Shown: positions 52,891 through 63,329 of the stretch, in pieces
Numbering within the stretch: the first letter of the stretch is position 1
Layout: the number at the start of each line of letters is the position of its first letter
Source: Bdellovibrionota bacterium
Lineage (GTDB): Bacteria; Bdellovibrionota; UBA1018; CAIPTA01; JAALKR01
Direction: 5' to 3'
Length of the DNA: 64,000 bases
NCBI GenBank assembly: GCA_965207455.1
Contig: CBDBMJ010000003.1
Coordinates: 439,973-503,972 of the forward strand
Notes under the pieces: generated by a model
The model's database searches: none
Told to the model about the DNA's origin: nothing
Seen by the model: only the letters and a program-made list of their open reading frames with translations
Program-made: the position numbers and the translations under genes

Positions 52891-54870
52891 TCATTGTTTT
52901 TTCAAGCAAAGTCTTTGTGCGGAATCCGAATTAAGAGTTCCACAAGCTTTAGTGACTTCAGGTTTTGGTTTATTTTGTAAGCAAACCTCGTGAAGGGAAT
53001 AACTAAGAGCACCACAAGCTTTAGTAACTTCAGGTTTTGGTTTATTTTGTAAGCAAATATTTTGAAAGGAATAACTAAGAGTACCACAAGCTTTAGTAAC
53101 TTCAGGTTTTGGTTTATTTTGTAAGCAAATATTTTGAAAGGAATAACTAAGAGTACCACAAGCTTTAGTAACTTCAGGTTTTGGTTTATTTTGTAAGCAA
53201 ATATTTTGAAAGGAATAACTAAGAGTACCACAAGCTTTAGTAACTTCAGGTTTTGGTTTATTTTGTAAGCAAATCTTTTGAAAGGAATAACCAAGAGTAC
53301 CACAAGCTTTAGTGACTTCAGGTTTTGGTTTATTTTGTAAGCAAATCTTTTGAAAGGAATAACCAAGAGTACCACAAGCTTTAGTGACTTCAGGTTTTGG
53401 TTTATTTTGTAAGCAAATATTTTGAAAGGAATAACTAAGAGTACCACAAGCTTTAGTGACTTCAGGTTTTGGTTTATTTTGTAAGCAAATATTTTGAAAG
53501 GAATAACCAAGAGTACCACAAGCTTTAGTGACTTCAGGTTTTGGTTTATTTTGTAAGCAAATCTTTTGAAAGGAATAACCAAGAGCACCACAAGCGCTAA
53601 TGACTTCAGGCTTCAGTTGTTTTTGTAAGCAAAGCTCTTCCAATGAATGAGTAAAAGTACCGCAAGCTTTAGTAACAGCAGGGTCTGACCTTATCGATAG
53701 GCAAAGCTTTCCTGTAGAACCCCAACCAAGAGCATTACAGGCTTTAGTAACTTCTGCCTGATATCGCTCATCTGCTGTGGGTTCGACTGGCTCTTGTTTC
53801 GTTTCCATCACGACATCCGGTTGAACCTGAGGTTGAATAACGGCTCTTATGTTTTTTGAAACATATTTGCCGTTAGATTCCTTTATGCAAATGCCTGTTA
53901 AAAATTTTATCTTATCATTAGAAAGCGCATTAAGGGTACTAATAATTTCGGTACAGTCAAGGTGAGCTTGAAAGTCATTATTAGCTTCAAAGATAAGGGA
54001 AGTCCAAATAATTCTATTAGGCACATCTTCGTCATCAGAGTATGGAATAACCGCTCGTACATTCGTCAAAATATAATTGTAATGTCTTGCTTCACATTCG
54101 TCCGTTAAAAATTTGATATTGTCATTGGAAAGGTTATCTAGAGCCACACGGGTGCGCTCACATCGATTATAACTAAAAGAGGTATCATTTTGGTCGTTTT
54201 CAAAGGAAACACCATTCAGGAGAATGTGTTCCATATTTTTTGCGCTATTATCATTTTTCTTTGTATTTGTGGCAACTTCTGCTTGAACTCGCTGCTCATC
54301 TGTTGCATTGATGATGTTAAAGCTTAATTTTGTCAATAGACAAGCTTCTTGTAAATTAGGCTTACTATCATAGCGCTTACAAAATTTGATGCTTTCTATC
54401 TTAGCTGCCTCCGTCTGCACCAGATGATCGAGCATTTGCAATATTTTTTTATTCGATATTTTTTTTCTTGGATTTCTGTAATATGCACAACGATATGATT
54501 CGTCAATATCTGATGGATTCTGAGATAAAGTATTTACATTATCGGGAAACACATTAAAATCGACTATTAATGATACCTTATTCACAGTACAGCCTATTTC
54601 AACAAGATTCGGGTCATTATTTCTATGGGTAACATGGCAATTATCAGATTTTAAAATTTTTGAATCTCTCCTGCCAAATCCATATTGCCAAATGTTATAC
54701 GCGACTACTTTTTTTACTTCCTCACGGCCAGCAACATTATGCCCATAGAGCCTAATAGCGTGACTGTTATCTGTTTTGATATCACAAAAATATGTTTTAT
54801 TTTTCGCTAATGCTACATTTGAACATAAGGCTGCTAAACCAAATCCTATAATTATATTTTTTATGCTCAT
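52891..54870 (-). CDS. Repeat protein A', cassette 3, with a swapped N-terminal domain (659 aa)
   Basis: Identical to cassette 2 from DEQRVQAEV to the C-terminus; N-terminal ~190 aa are diverged. Confidence 0.8.
   Translation of the reverse strand: MSIKNIIIGFGLAALCSNVALAKNKTYFCDIKTDNSHAIRLYGHNVAGREEVKKVVAYNIWQYGFGRRDSKILKSDNCHVTHRNNDPNLVEIGCTVNKVSLIVDFNVFPDNVNTLSQNPSDIDESYRCAYYRNPRKKISNKKILQMLDHLVQTEAAKIESIKFCKRYDSKPNLQEACLLTKLSFNIINATDEQRVQAEVATNTKKNDNSAKNMEHILLNGVSFENDQNDTSFSYNRCERTRVALDNLSNDNIKFLTDECEARHYNYILTNVRAVIPYSDDEDVPNRIIWTSLIFEANNDFQAHLDCTEIISTLNALSNDKIKFLTGICIKESNGKYVSKNIRAVIQPQVQPDVVMETKQEPVEPTADERYQAEVTKACNALGWGSTGKLCLSIRSDPAVTKACGTFTHSLEELCLQKQLKPEVISACGALGYSFQKICLQNKPKPEVTKACGTLGYSFQNICLQNKPKPEVTKACGTLSYSFQNICLQNKPKPEVTKACGTLGYSFQKICLQNKPKPEVTKACGTLGYSFQKICLQNKPKPEVTKACGTLSYSFQNICLQNKPKPEVTKACGTLSYSFQNICLQNKPKPEVTKACGTLSYSFQNICLQNKPKPEVTKACGALSYSLHEVCLQNKPKPEVTKACGTLNSDSAQRLCLKKQ
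52941..53670 (-). repeat. 72-bp coding tandem repeat (about 10 units)
   Basis: Same unit order as cassette 2. Confidence 0.95.
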
Positions 54871-55115
54871 CTATTCCTTCCTTACAAAGTCACATATTGG
54901 AATTATATTATAAATGAAATAATGCGGCATGTCAACATTTTTCTTGAGTTTTAATCAATACAATACATACGATATAGAGCCAAATTAAGTCTATGAGAGC
55001 CTCTCATGCTCTCTAGGGCCCGCTTGATGCAAAAAATCTATGCTATATAATATGCTTGATATTGTTGTGCGGAGTTATTGATTCTGTTATCTAGAGGGTT
55101 AGAGCAGAAATGTTT

Positions 55116-56498
55116 TTAGAGACAACTCCAGCCAGAAAAATCTACTGTCTTTCCATCCCTTGGTTTGAAGGATAGCTTCCAAGTAGCTGGAGCTTTAAAA
55201 TAATGTTTATATCGTAAAGAGGGCGCGAGCTTCTCAAGAATAGGATGAATTTCCGGGTAAAGAGCACAATCAACGTTTTTCCAAGATTCATCTCTTAAAT
55301 GCTTTAGCTCAACTCCACCACTAGATTTATCATTAGCAATACCAGAAGCCCACTTTTTTATATCTTCTCCTATTTTTTTGCCAATTCGCTTTGATATTTT
55401 TGCACCCTCTTCTAAAGCTTTTTCTAGTGATCTTTCGTTTTTGATCTGATCTAGATCATAAAGGGAAACAGCATAACTTGTGTGCAAGATGTAAGAAAGG
55501 CTTTCTTTTTTGTGCTGATCTTCCGGAGAAAAAGAATTATTGAAGAAAGTCTTAATGCTTTCGTGAGTTTCATTATTGCTAGAAAGATGTTCTCCTAAAG
55601 AAAGAAGATCCCATGAGGCCATAGTTCCCAATGCCACAAATGGTGGGTGAGCTAGCAATAAACTTGTAATATCTTTTTTATAAATTTCATAAACTGTGCT
55701 CATACCAGTAGCACAATTAAGAAGAAAAAGAGCATCAAACAGGCGATTTTTCCCATTACTGACTTTAGAAAATTCTTTTGCAAAAGTTAAAAAAGCATTC
55801 ATAGAGAACTCAGCAACTTCATTACTATGAAAAAATCCAGTATGAGTATCATCTGGAATTTTATGACCAAAGTAAAAAGCGAACTGCTTATTATAATTCC
55901 TACCTTGGGAAAATGCATTTTTATCTAAAATTTTCAACTCACGAGAAAATTCCTCAGGACCTCTTGTTATCCATGCTAAGTTGCCAATTACAGGTACAAA
56001 CCTCGGGATCTTTTTAGATATAACTATCGGTGTTTTTTCTAAAAGAGCTCCATTTGAATAGAAAAGCATTTGGCCGGAATGGATGGCTTCCTCAGAACCA
56101 AATCGAGTTGTATTTTGAGCCATTATATGCTTTTTATCTTTTGAAACGAAGATAGTAGTTTGGACCAAACTAAGCGTACCACCTGTTTTTTTAGAAGAAA
56201 ATGAAAAAGAGCCTGTCTCTTCAGAAGAGATTTTTACTTTCTCACTATAGGGTTTTACATAAAAAATAGCCACATCACAGTCACTACAGGATTCAGAAAG
56301 TTCTTTTGCTTTATTGAATATAGTGTTGCTAGAGTCTAGCAATGGGTTCTTTTCTTTACAATGGGTTGCCCCATTCTCACAGCCGCGATAGTGATATTTA
56401 GCATCACCATGAATAAAGAATAGATATAGGTCTGTAGCAGATGCTACTTGAGATAGAAAAATAGCGTAACCAAAATACAGATATATTAATTTTTTCAT
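55116..56498 (-). CDS. Protein B', diverged paralog of B in inverted orientation, cassette 3
   Basis: Shares ATDLYLFFIHGDA, FYFGHKIPD, FDxxFxLNCAT and a C-terminal FSGWxC with B. Confidence 0.7.
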   Translation of the reverse strand: MKKLIYLYFGYAIFLSQVASATDLYLFFIHGDAKYHYRGCENGATHCKEKNPLLDSSNTIFNKAKELSESCSDCDVAIFYVKPYSEKVKISSEETGSFSFSSKKTGGTLSLVQTTIFVSKDKKHIMAQNTTRFGSEEAIHSGQMLFYSNGALLEKTPIVISKKIPRFVPVIGNLAWITRGPEEFSRELKILDKNAFSQGRNYNKQFAFYFGHKIPDDTHTGFFHSNEVAEFSMNAFLTFAKEFSKVSNGKNRLFDALFLLNCATGMSTVYEIYKKDITSLLLAHPPFVALGTMASWDLLSLGEHLSSNNETHESIKTFFNNSFSPEDQHKKESLSYILHTSYAVSLYDLDQIKNERSLEKALEEGAKISKRIGKKIGEDIKKWASGIANDKSSGGVELKHLRDESWKNVDCALYPEIHPILEKLAPSLRYKHYFKAPATWKLSFKPRDGKTVDFSGWSCL

Positions 56499-56895
56499 AA
56501 TCTTGACCTCTTTAGTTCCTCTCTTCTCTCACAGGCAATATACATTGCATTGCGTTATTTTTCAAGCTTTATTTAAAAAAAATCATCCGAATTGACTCAC
56601 AAAAAACGTCAGCAAAATGGCTTTGAGAACAGTAAGTTAGGGGGGGTTGATTCTGGGGTTGTTGTATAATTGCCTGAAAACTTATTATATTGCACTTGAG
56701 GGAAGCTGAAATCTTTCAATTCAAAAATATGGGTAGTACAGGGTATTTATGCAACAGTGTCCGTGATCCCTCGCATAAACTCTGCCACTATAACTAAGTA
56801 GCATCAAGCGTATATGCACAGAGTTAATTCTTAAGTTGTTAATAATAAAGAAGATTCCTCGCCATGGTGCTATGACCACAAAATACCGTTGGATT

Positions 56896-57502
56896 TCACC
56901 ATGCTGCATTCCGCATATTCGCAAATCGGGCTAGTTTTGATGGAAGGTTCGCTATCTTGCACGCCTTTTTCATTTTGCCCGGAAGAAGTTGCTGCAACTT
57001 CTGCTGCTCCTTCAACTCTTGATGGACCAGCTTAATATCGATTTCAGCAAAACGTTCTGCCAAATCCTTTTTTCCATTCAAAATAATTTCCATGTATTGA
57101 GGATTCTCCAAGTTTTTAACTAAGGGGGTGCCAACAAGCATCGCCTTTAAGGTTTTGCTCAAAGATTTGTTCCCTCCCTTTTTTCTATAACCTCTTTTTA
57201 AGTGTCTAAAAAATCTCTCCAAAACATTATTTGTTCGTTGAGGCCATATCTTAACCATGCCTGTTGGAGTACGAACAGTGATGGGATCAGCGAATAGTTT
57301 CTCCCAATATTTATCAATCTGCTTAATCATCTTTTTATATGCAGTATCAGTTGAAGCAAGTTCCTTTATTTTTTTGGAATTACGAAACTTGGTAACTTCT
57401 TCTTTGATGGTTTTCATGTCAGCATTTTTGTTTCCGTCATCATTCAGTCCTTTTTGGCCATCCGGTAATGCTATTCTCATTGCCTCTCTTAACTGATCAA
57501 AA
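56896..57502 (-). pseudogene. C-terminal part of the interrupted transposase
   Basis: PQRTNNVLERFFR (candidate catalytic E). Rejoins in frame (KVFD-QLREAMRIAL) when IS66 and one TSD copy are removed. Confidence 0.85.
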
Positions 57503-57602
57503 GTAAGCGGTCGGTGAACGGCAGGCTTTGAGATAAGGCAATTCTGTGCTATAGTATTTGCCCCATTCTATAGGTCAGTCAGTTTCATTTGGCAGAGATT
57601 TT

Positions 57603-59226
57603 TCAGCAGTCCACATTGGCTGCTGCATAGTCGGCTGGACTTATTCTTGTTGGCAGGAGCTTTTCAAAGTCTTCTACCGTATTCCCTTTGGGTATTTCTT
57701 GTAAGATGTATCGAAAATAAGCAAACGGCTCATGTCCATTAGCCGTAGCCGTTGCCATAATACTGTAAATTATTGCTGATGCGTTGGCTCCCTTAACAGA
57801 TTGTGAAAATAACCAATTTTTTCTACCAATAGCAAACGGGCGTATCTTATTCTCAACGAATTGGTTGCTGATATTTAAATTCCCATCCCTTATATACACT
57901 TTTAGATATTTCCATTCATTTAAAGCATAACTAATAGCTTTGCCGAGTGGGCTTTCAGGAGCAACGGTTATTCGAGTTTTCTCTAACCATTCATGGAAGC
58001 TGTCTAGTATCATCTTAGATTTTTCTTGCCTTATTTTATATTTTTCCTCTGCACCTAGCTTAGACTCCCTCATATATTTTTCTAATTTATACAGCTTTTC
58101 AATATAGCTTAGAGCTTTTCCTGTTTTACCCTGCTTTTTAGTGATTTTATGTGCTTCAAAGAACTTCCTTCTTGCATGATCCCAGCACCCCAAGCGAATT
58201 ATTTCCGGATTCTCTCGGCATAATGCATTGTAACCACGATAGGCATCTGTCTGCAGGTATCCTTTAAAACCAGGCAATAGTTTCTTTGGAACATCTCCAC
58301 TTCTCGTAGGGTCATATTCATAGAGGATAATTGGTTTAACACCATCTCTTCCTCTTACCCACATGTAGGATTTTGACTCTGCTTTTTTTCCTGGCTCTGA
58401 TAAAACCTGCAATGGAGTCTCATCCATTTGCACATACTTGCTAGATAATAACTCATCTTGCAATAGATTAAATAAAGGCATCATTAAATCGGCACTTTTT
58501 ATCATCCAATCACTCATCATACCTCTAGATATATCTACTCCAGCGTTCACAAACATGCCTTCCATACGATACAGGGGAATATGATTGCAATATTTATTTA
58601 CTATTATTTGCGCAAGAAGCCCTGGACCTGCAATCGACTTAGGAATTGGCATAGGATTAGACGCTATCTTTGATTTTCCACATTTTTTGCACTTATATTG
58701 TTTTCTTATAATTTTGATCGCCTTTATAATTTGTGGCAAAGCATCCATATATTCTGATACTTTATCTCCATTTTCTTTCATAATAACACGGCAATCTGAG
58801 CAGACTCTTTCCTTCTCTGAAAGTGCAATCTTCTTAGGCTCTCGAGGAATATTTGCTGGTATGGGCTTGCGCTTGGGTTTAGATTTGGAGCTGTTCTGCC
58901 CAACTAGATCCTCTCTTCTTTTTTCTACTGCTTGTTCATCAGAATCGCAACTTTCCTCTGGCTTTTCCTCATTAAAAAGAGGATCTTGTTCGTGGCATTC
59001 TCCATGCTTCTGCTTTTTCCTTTTCTCTGTAGATTGACCAAATAATTCTTCACTTAACAATCTAATTCTTTCGCCTTGGCGTAATATTCTTGTTTCGGCA
59101 GATATTAGTTTCTGATTTAATTTATTTTTTTCTTCTCTTAATTTAGTTATTGATGTATTTGCAGAAATGAGTTTTTTTATTTAATTGCAAGGCAAGCTTT
59201 TTGATACTGGCGATATCTTTAGGCAT
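57603..59226 (-). CDS. tnpC: IS66 transposase TnpC, with a 1-nt frameshift in an A7 tract near 59172-59178
   Basis: Zn-finger CSDC/CKKC, QMDETP, LQTDAY, CWDHARRKF, ENKIRPFAIGRKNWLF. ATG 59226 is out of frame by one base. Confidence 0.85.
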
Positions 59227-59286
59227 GTTATTCTTATCAATAAGCATAAAAATATAATAACAAGCAATTTCCTATCTCTCAATACT

Positions 59287-59640
59287 TTATTGAGAATAAC
59301 TTAATTTTTTATGTGGCTTATACTCCCAAAAATTATAACCATCTAACAACAAACGAAGCTTTTCTTCATCTATTTCAAATACAGCCTGATCTTTATCCTT
59401 TGGTAAAAAAAACCTTTCTTTCTCCAAGCGCTTATACCAAAGAGCAAATCCTGAACGATCCCAATATAAAATTTTTATGCGACTCTTGTTTCGATTCACA
59501 AATACGAACAGAAATGAACCAAATGGATCCATCTCCATCTCATCTGCCACTATCTGACTCAAACCATTAATGCTTTTACGAAAATCTACAATCTCTCGGT
59601 ATAAATAGATATTTGAAAATTGACTCAAATCAATCATCAT
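59287..59640 (-). CDS. tnpB: IS66 accessory protein TnpB
   Basis: VDFRKSINGL, KILYWDRSGFALWYKRLEKERF. Confidence 0.92.
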   Translation of the reverse strand: MMIDLSQFSNIYLYREIVDFRKSINGLSQIVADEMEMDPFGSFLFVFVNRNKSRIKILYWDRSGFALWYKRLEKERFFLPKDKDQAVFEIDEEKLRLLLDGYNFWEYKPHKKLSYSQ

Positions 59641-59948
59641 TTACCTCTGAACCAATCAATTGGAGGTAACTTTTTGAGCTTTATGCGTACTCCACAGGGC
59701 AAAAATATTTCTATGAAGTCATTTTCATTGTTTATGGACCTAAGCTCCATAAATCTATTTTTCTTTATTTTCTGAGCAAAATTTTTTCTCTTCCAGTAAG
59801 ATAGCGCTGGCGCACTTAATTTGTTCTGTCTGCAATACTCAGCTGCTATCAATCCGCTTGTTTTCTGCTCTTCGATTTTCTTTCGCCAATAGCTCTCTTT
59901 CAGACCTTTATTTGGCTTTTCTGTTTCCTTTTCTTTCATGAGCGGCAT
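59637..59948 (-). CDS. tnpA: IS66 TnpA (HTH)
   Basis: W..SGL..AEYCRQ..LSYWKRK and IEIFLPCG motifs. Confidence 0.85.
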   Translation of the reverse strand: MPLMKEKETEKPNKGLKESYWRKKIEEQKTSGLIAAEYCRQNKLSAPALSYWKRKNFAQKIKKNRFMELRSINNENDFIEIFLPCGVRIKLKKLPPIDWFRGK

Positions 59949-59997
59949 TATAACAGAATTTCTCTAGATCAGAGACTGCCGATCACCGACCGCTTAC

Positions 59998-61204
59998 GAT
60001 CAAAAACCTTTATCTTCTCCTGCATTTTTGTAAAAATCCGTTTGAGATCGCGATCATTAACCACTTCAGAAAGAGTTGTTGTTAAAGACTCAAGCTTTTT
60101 TTTTAGATCTCTTCCTGATTCTAGATTCTGAATTATCCTATAAACCTCCTTTAATCGTACATAGAAAACAAGATGAGCACGATCGAAAGGAAACCCGAAT
60201 CCTTTTAACTCACTATTCGATTCAAGAGCCCAAATAACGAGAATGTAAACCATCACTTCAGGGAGCAATTTAATATCAGGCAGATCGAGTTGGTTGCTTT
60301 CAAGATATGAGTTAAAACAACTTATTAAAGCAGGGTCATCATCAATCATTTTTTTCAATTTCTTTTTTGTTTCTCTTAACTTGGCACGTACTCTATATCC
60401 CTTAAGACTTTTAAGAAGCATGCTGTATTCATACCCAAATAAATCTTTGCCGATATCTCGGGCGAAGTGATAGTGGCAAATAAAATCTAGAACACCAGGG
60501 AAAACTTCTTTGACCGATTTTAAAATACCCACTCCCATATCATGAACCAAGGCTAGGGGGTTGCCATACAACTTCTTGATCTCTTTCAGGAATGGAATAA
60601 TTTGGTCTTTGTTTTTAGAAGGAAGTTTAATATTGCTCAAAACAATTTCAGAAAGTCCATCAATTGCGCTCATCAAGTGAGGACTGTCCCCTTCACATGT
60701 AGCATCCAAGTGAATTATGCATCCGCCATTTTTATTCATTAAATTTTTCAACTTGCTATGAGAATCTTTGTGAATCAATGCCAAATAAACAATAAATCTT
60801 TTTCCCAAATGACTAATTTCGCTGATTGAGATGGTGATATTTTGTTTAAGCAATTCACCCTTGATTTGCTCTTCTCCTTTAGAGTGAAAAAATAATGCCA
60901 TTCCAATTTCAACGATTACATCAAATCCAAAATTACCATTTGTAGGAACAAGATTTTTAAGTTCACTGGAACGATAAGTTATAGCGCATGGAGCACAATG
61001 CATATGCCATTCCCGTGCATTAAATTCACCAACGGCCAAAGTTACCACTCTTTTTCTGTCACTTTTCTTTATTTTAAGCTTGCCTCCACATTGGCAATAG
61101 GATTCAACTGGATAAAAATCTACTGTTGGGATTTCAGGAAAAAGTCTCTTAGGAGAGAACGCTGATTTTAGTTCATCCAATAGAGCTTTTAAAACAACAA
61201 TCAC
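59998..61204 (-). pseudogene. N-terminal part of the interrupted DDE transposase
   Basis: Cys motifs, IHLDAT (D1), VHDMG (D2), CHYH motif; truncated by IS66. Confidence 0.82.
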
Positions 61205-61869
61205 TTCATATGCAGTTTTTTTTTAATCTCATAGAATTCTAAAACTTTCTTTACTTGATTAAATGAAATCTTTTTTCCTCTCGAGCTAAGTCTGAAGGCT
61301 ATCTTCAAAGGTGCTGCTTCTACTGAACTTTCTTTGATAACTTCAGTTAATACTTCAATCGCCATCCATGTTGGGATGTTTTCAGAAGGAAGGTTAATCT
61401 CTAACTTTTGTCTTTTTCTTGTCGCATCGATTTGAAGCTTTGATATAGATAATTTATTACTAACGTAAAGATAGTTGCCATCAAGGTTAACTCGAGCAAT
61501 TTCTCCAGAGTTGACTAAATTCAACAGCGTACCGTGAACTGGAATTTTAAGGCGATCTTTTAAATCTAAATGCTTCATCCCGTGTTTGGAGCAATTTATA
61601 AAATGGGTAATGGTATCCCTTAAGTTGCCGTGCTTTGAGAAACCTATGTCTTTAAAATGCCAAAGACCGTATGAATCAAAGGTCGGAGTTATTTTGAGAG
61701 TATAGAATTTACCCATATGACTGTAGCTTGAAAAATAATCGACATTCATTAAATCTCTAAACAAGCTAGCACGAGACCGACCATTTAAATTTTTTTGAAG
61801 TGATTTTAGATCCATAACTCGATTTCGTTGCAAAAGATGAATAAGTTTCATTTTAGTATTTTCGGACAT
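61201..61869 (-). CDS. Transposon ORF1 (putative DNA-binding accessory protein), probably fused to the transposase by -1 frameshift
   Basis: Lies inside the TIRs and ends just after an A9 tract, overlapping ORF2. Confidence 0.75.
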   Translation of the reverse strand: MSENTKMKLIHLLQRNRVMDLKSLQKNLNGRSRASLFRDLMNVDYFSSYSHMGKFYTLKITPTFDSYGLWHFKDIGFSKHGNLRDTITHFINCSKHGMKHLDLKDRLKIPVHGTLLNLVNSGEIARVNLDGNYLYVSNKLSISKLQIDATRKRQKLEINLPSENIPTWMAIEVLTEVIKESSVEAAPLKIAFRLSSRGKKISFNQVKKVLEFYEIKKKLHMK

Positions 61870-62268
61870 TTTCCCCCCTTTGATTCATGCTTGAGACTAT
61901 TACAGCACAGGCAATTAGTATTCGCCTTAATAGTCTCGCTATTGCTTAAAAATAGCAAGCCTTTTTTCGACATTTCATGGGGTTACGGAGATAGCGCTTT
62001 GCGCATTTGATGCAGTTATGATTGATCATGGAAAAATAGGTGAATAATTTTAAATAGTTATAAAATCCAACGGTATTTTGTGGTCATAGCCATGGTGTAA
62101 GGATTTGGTTTTGCCCCTACTAATAATATTTCCTGTTGACAGTTTAATGCATCGCTGCTAATGTGCCAAGTCAATGGGGAAAGGGTGCCCTCCCAATAAA
62201 AGTAGTGCCTTTAATGAAAGTAATGAATGATAGATGGTCTATCTTTCAAAAATAAAAAGGAGTAAATA

Positions 62269-62643
62269 ATGAAAAAAATAATCATAACAACACTAGTAAT
62301 TTTACTAGGCATGCAAACATCTCTATCTGCATCTGCAGTTGTGTCGCCAGGGGCAACTACGATAAATCTAGAGACGGACATAAAAACTGGGAAAGATATA
62401 GCTGATCTACTATCCCTAGAAGTGAACAAGGAGCAGTTAGCTAATGCCGCTTCGCAAAATGGGATAACCGAAGAGCAATTTCTCGCTGATCTTGCAGCTC
62501 TAACCCCTGGAGAGGTGGACCAACTGAAATATCGCATTTTTCAGTCAAAGAATATAGCAGTATCAGCTATGGTGGAGGACGCTGTAGTGTTTATAACCAC
62601 GGTTACTCTTGCTGCCGCTCTTTTTATTGTTGTTGTTTTTTAG
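62269..62643 (+). CDS. Protein C', diverged paralog of C, cassette 3
   Basis: Same leader/RBS and signal peptide (IIITTLVILLGMQT.LSASA.VS); different mature region; C-terminal TM. Confidence 0.72.
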   Translation: MKKIIITTLVILLGMQTSLSASAVVSPGATTINLETDIKTGKDIADLLSLEVNKEQLANAASQNGITEEQFLADLAALTPGEVDQLKYRIFQSKNIAVSAMVEDAVVFITTVTLAAALFIVVVF

Positions 62644-62826
62644 CAATTATAAAAAGCACTTTATATAAATAATGTCATAAAAAAGCACTTTAAGAGAGTT
62701 CGATCTTTTGAGTGCTTTTTTATTTTTGAGCATTAAGATTCCTTATGGAAGCGCCACATATTGCAACTTTTCCCGGACTCGCTATTATGATCACAATTCT
62801 AGAGAGCGAACAAAGAAGGAGAACAC

Positions 62827-63303
62827 ATGCAAATAAGTACAAATGATACGACCATGCGCAATACGAACATACAAATTAAAAAACTTCCTCATTTTCTAGG
62901 CAACCTCCCCGCCTATGAAACTCCCCACTCTTCCGGCATGGACGTGCGAGCTCAAATAGAAAAACCCATGATTATAGAGCCTGGAAAAAGAGAGTTTGTT
63001 CCCACAGGCCTAGCCATAGCAATACCTGAAGGCTTTGAGGTACAAATTCGTCCACGCAGTGGACTCGCCTTCAAGAAAGGTATCTCTGTACTCAACTCCC
63101 CAGGCACCATCGATAGCGACTATCGAGGAGAAATAAAACTCATCCTTATTAATCATGGCAACGAACCTGTAACAATAGCATCCGGAGATAGGGTAGCTCA
63201 AATGGTGGTTTGCCCAGTGATACGTGCCACCTTTCAAGAGGTCGACGAACTATCCACTACCCAAAGAGGCGCAGGAGGGTTTGGTAGCACAGGCGTGGAA
63301 TAA
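62827..63303 (+). CDS. dut: dUTP diphosphatase
   Basis: [32 protein letters not shown]. Confidence 0.95.
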   Translation: MQISTNDTTMRNTNIQIKKLPHFLGNLPAYETPHSSGMDVRAQIEKPMIIEPGKREFVPTGLAIAIPEGFEVQIRPRSGLAFKKGISVLNSPGTIDSDYRGEIKLILINHGNEPVTIASGDRVAQMVVCPVIRATFQEVDELSTTQRGAGGFGSTGVE

Positions 63304-63329
63304 ACGGGTACATATCCCTCCCCCCACGC

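Larger units (their letters stand above)
57503..59997 (-). mobile_element. IS66-family insertion sequence (2495 bp)
   Basis: TIR GTAAGCGGTCGGTGA(A/T)CGGCAG; 8-bp TSD GATCAAAA at 57495-57502 and 59998-60005; tnpA-tnpB-tnpC order. Confidence 0.95.
56870..62089 (-). mobile_element. Two-ORF DDE transposon (IS256/Mutator-like or unclassified), interrupted by IS66
   Basis: Perfect 27-bp TIR CTATGACCACAAAATACCGTTGGATTT; 8-bp TSD CCATGGTG at 56862-56869 and 62090-62097. Confidence 0.88.
43485..62802. repeat. Array of three cassettes bounded by ~60-bp direct repeats of the dppC 3' region (at 43485, 48077, 52741 and 62742)
   Basis: The core CCACATATTGCAACTTTTCCCGGACTCGCTATTATGATCACAATTCTAG occurs four times. 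Spacings are 4592, 4664 and 10001 bp (4773 bp without the transposons). Confidence 0.92.

Noticed and set aside
43635..54870. Diversity-generating retroelement behind the A variants
   Set aside because: No reverse transcriptase, and the differences are not adenine-specific.
59287..59640. TnpB as an RNA-guided nuclease
   Set aside because: This is the 117-aa IS66 accessory TnpB, unrelated to IS200/IS605 TnpB.
43485..62802. Prophage or ICE integrated at dppC
   Set aside because: No integrase, phage, replication or conjugation genes. The last repeat copy lacks the displaced dppC tail expected at a classical attR.
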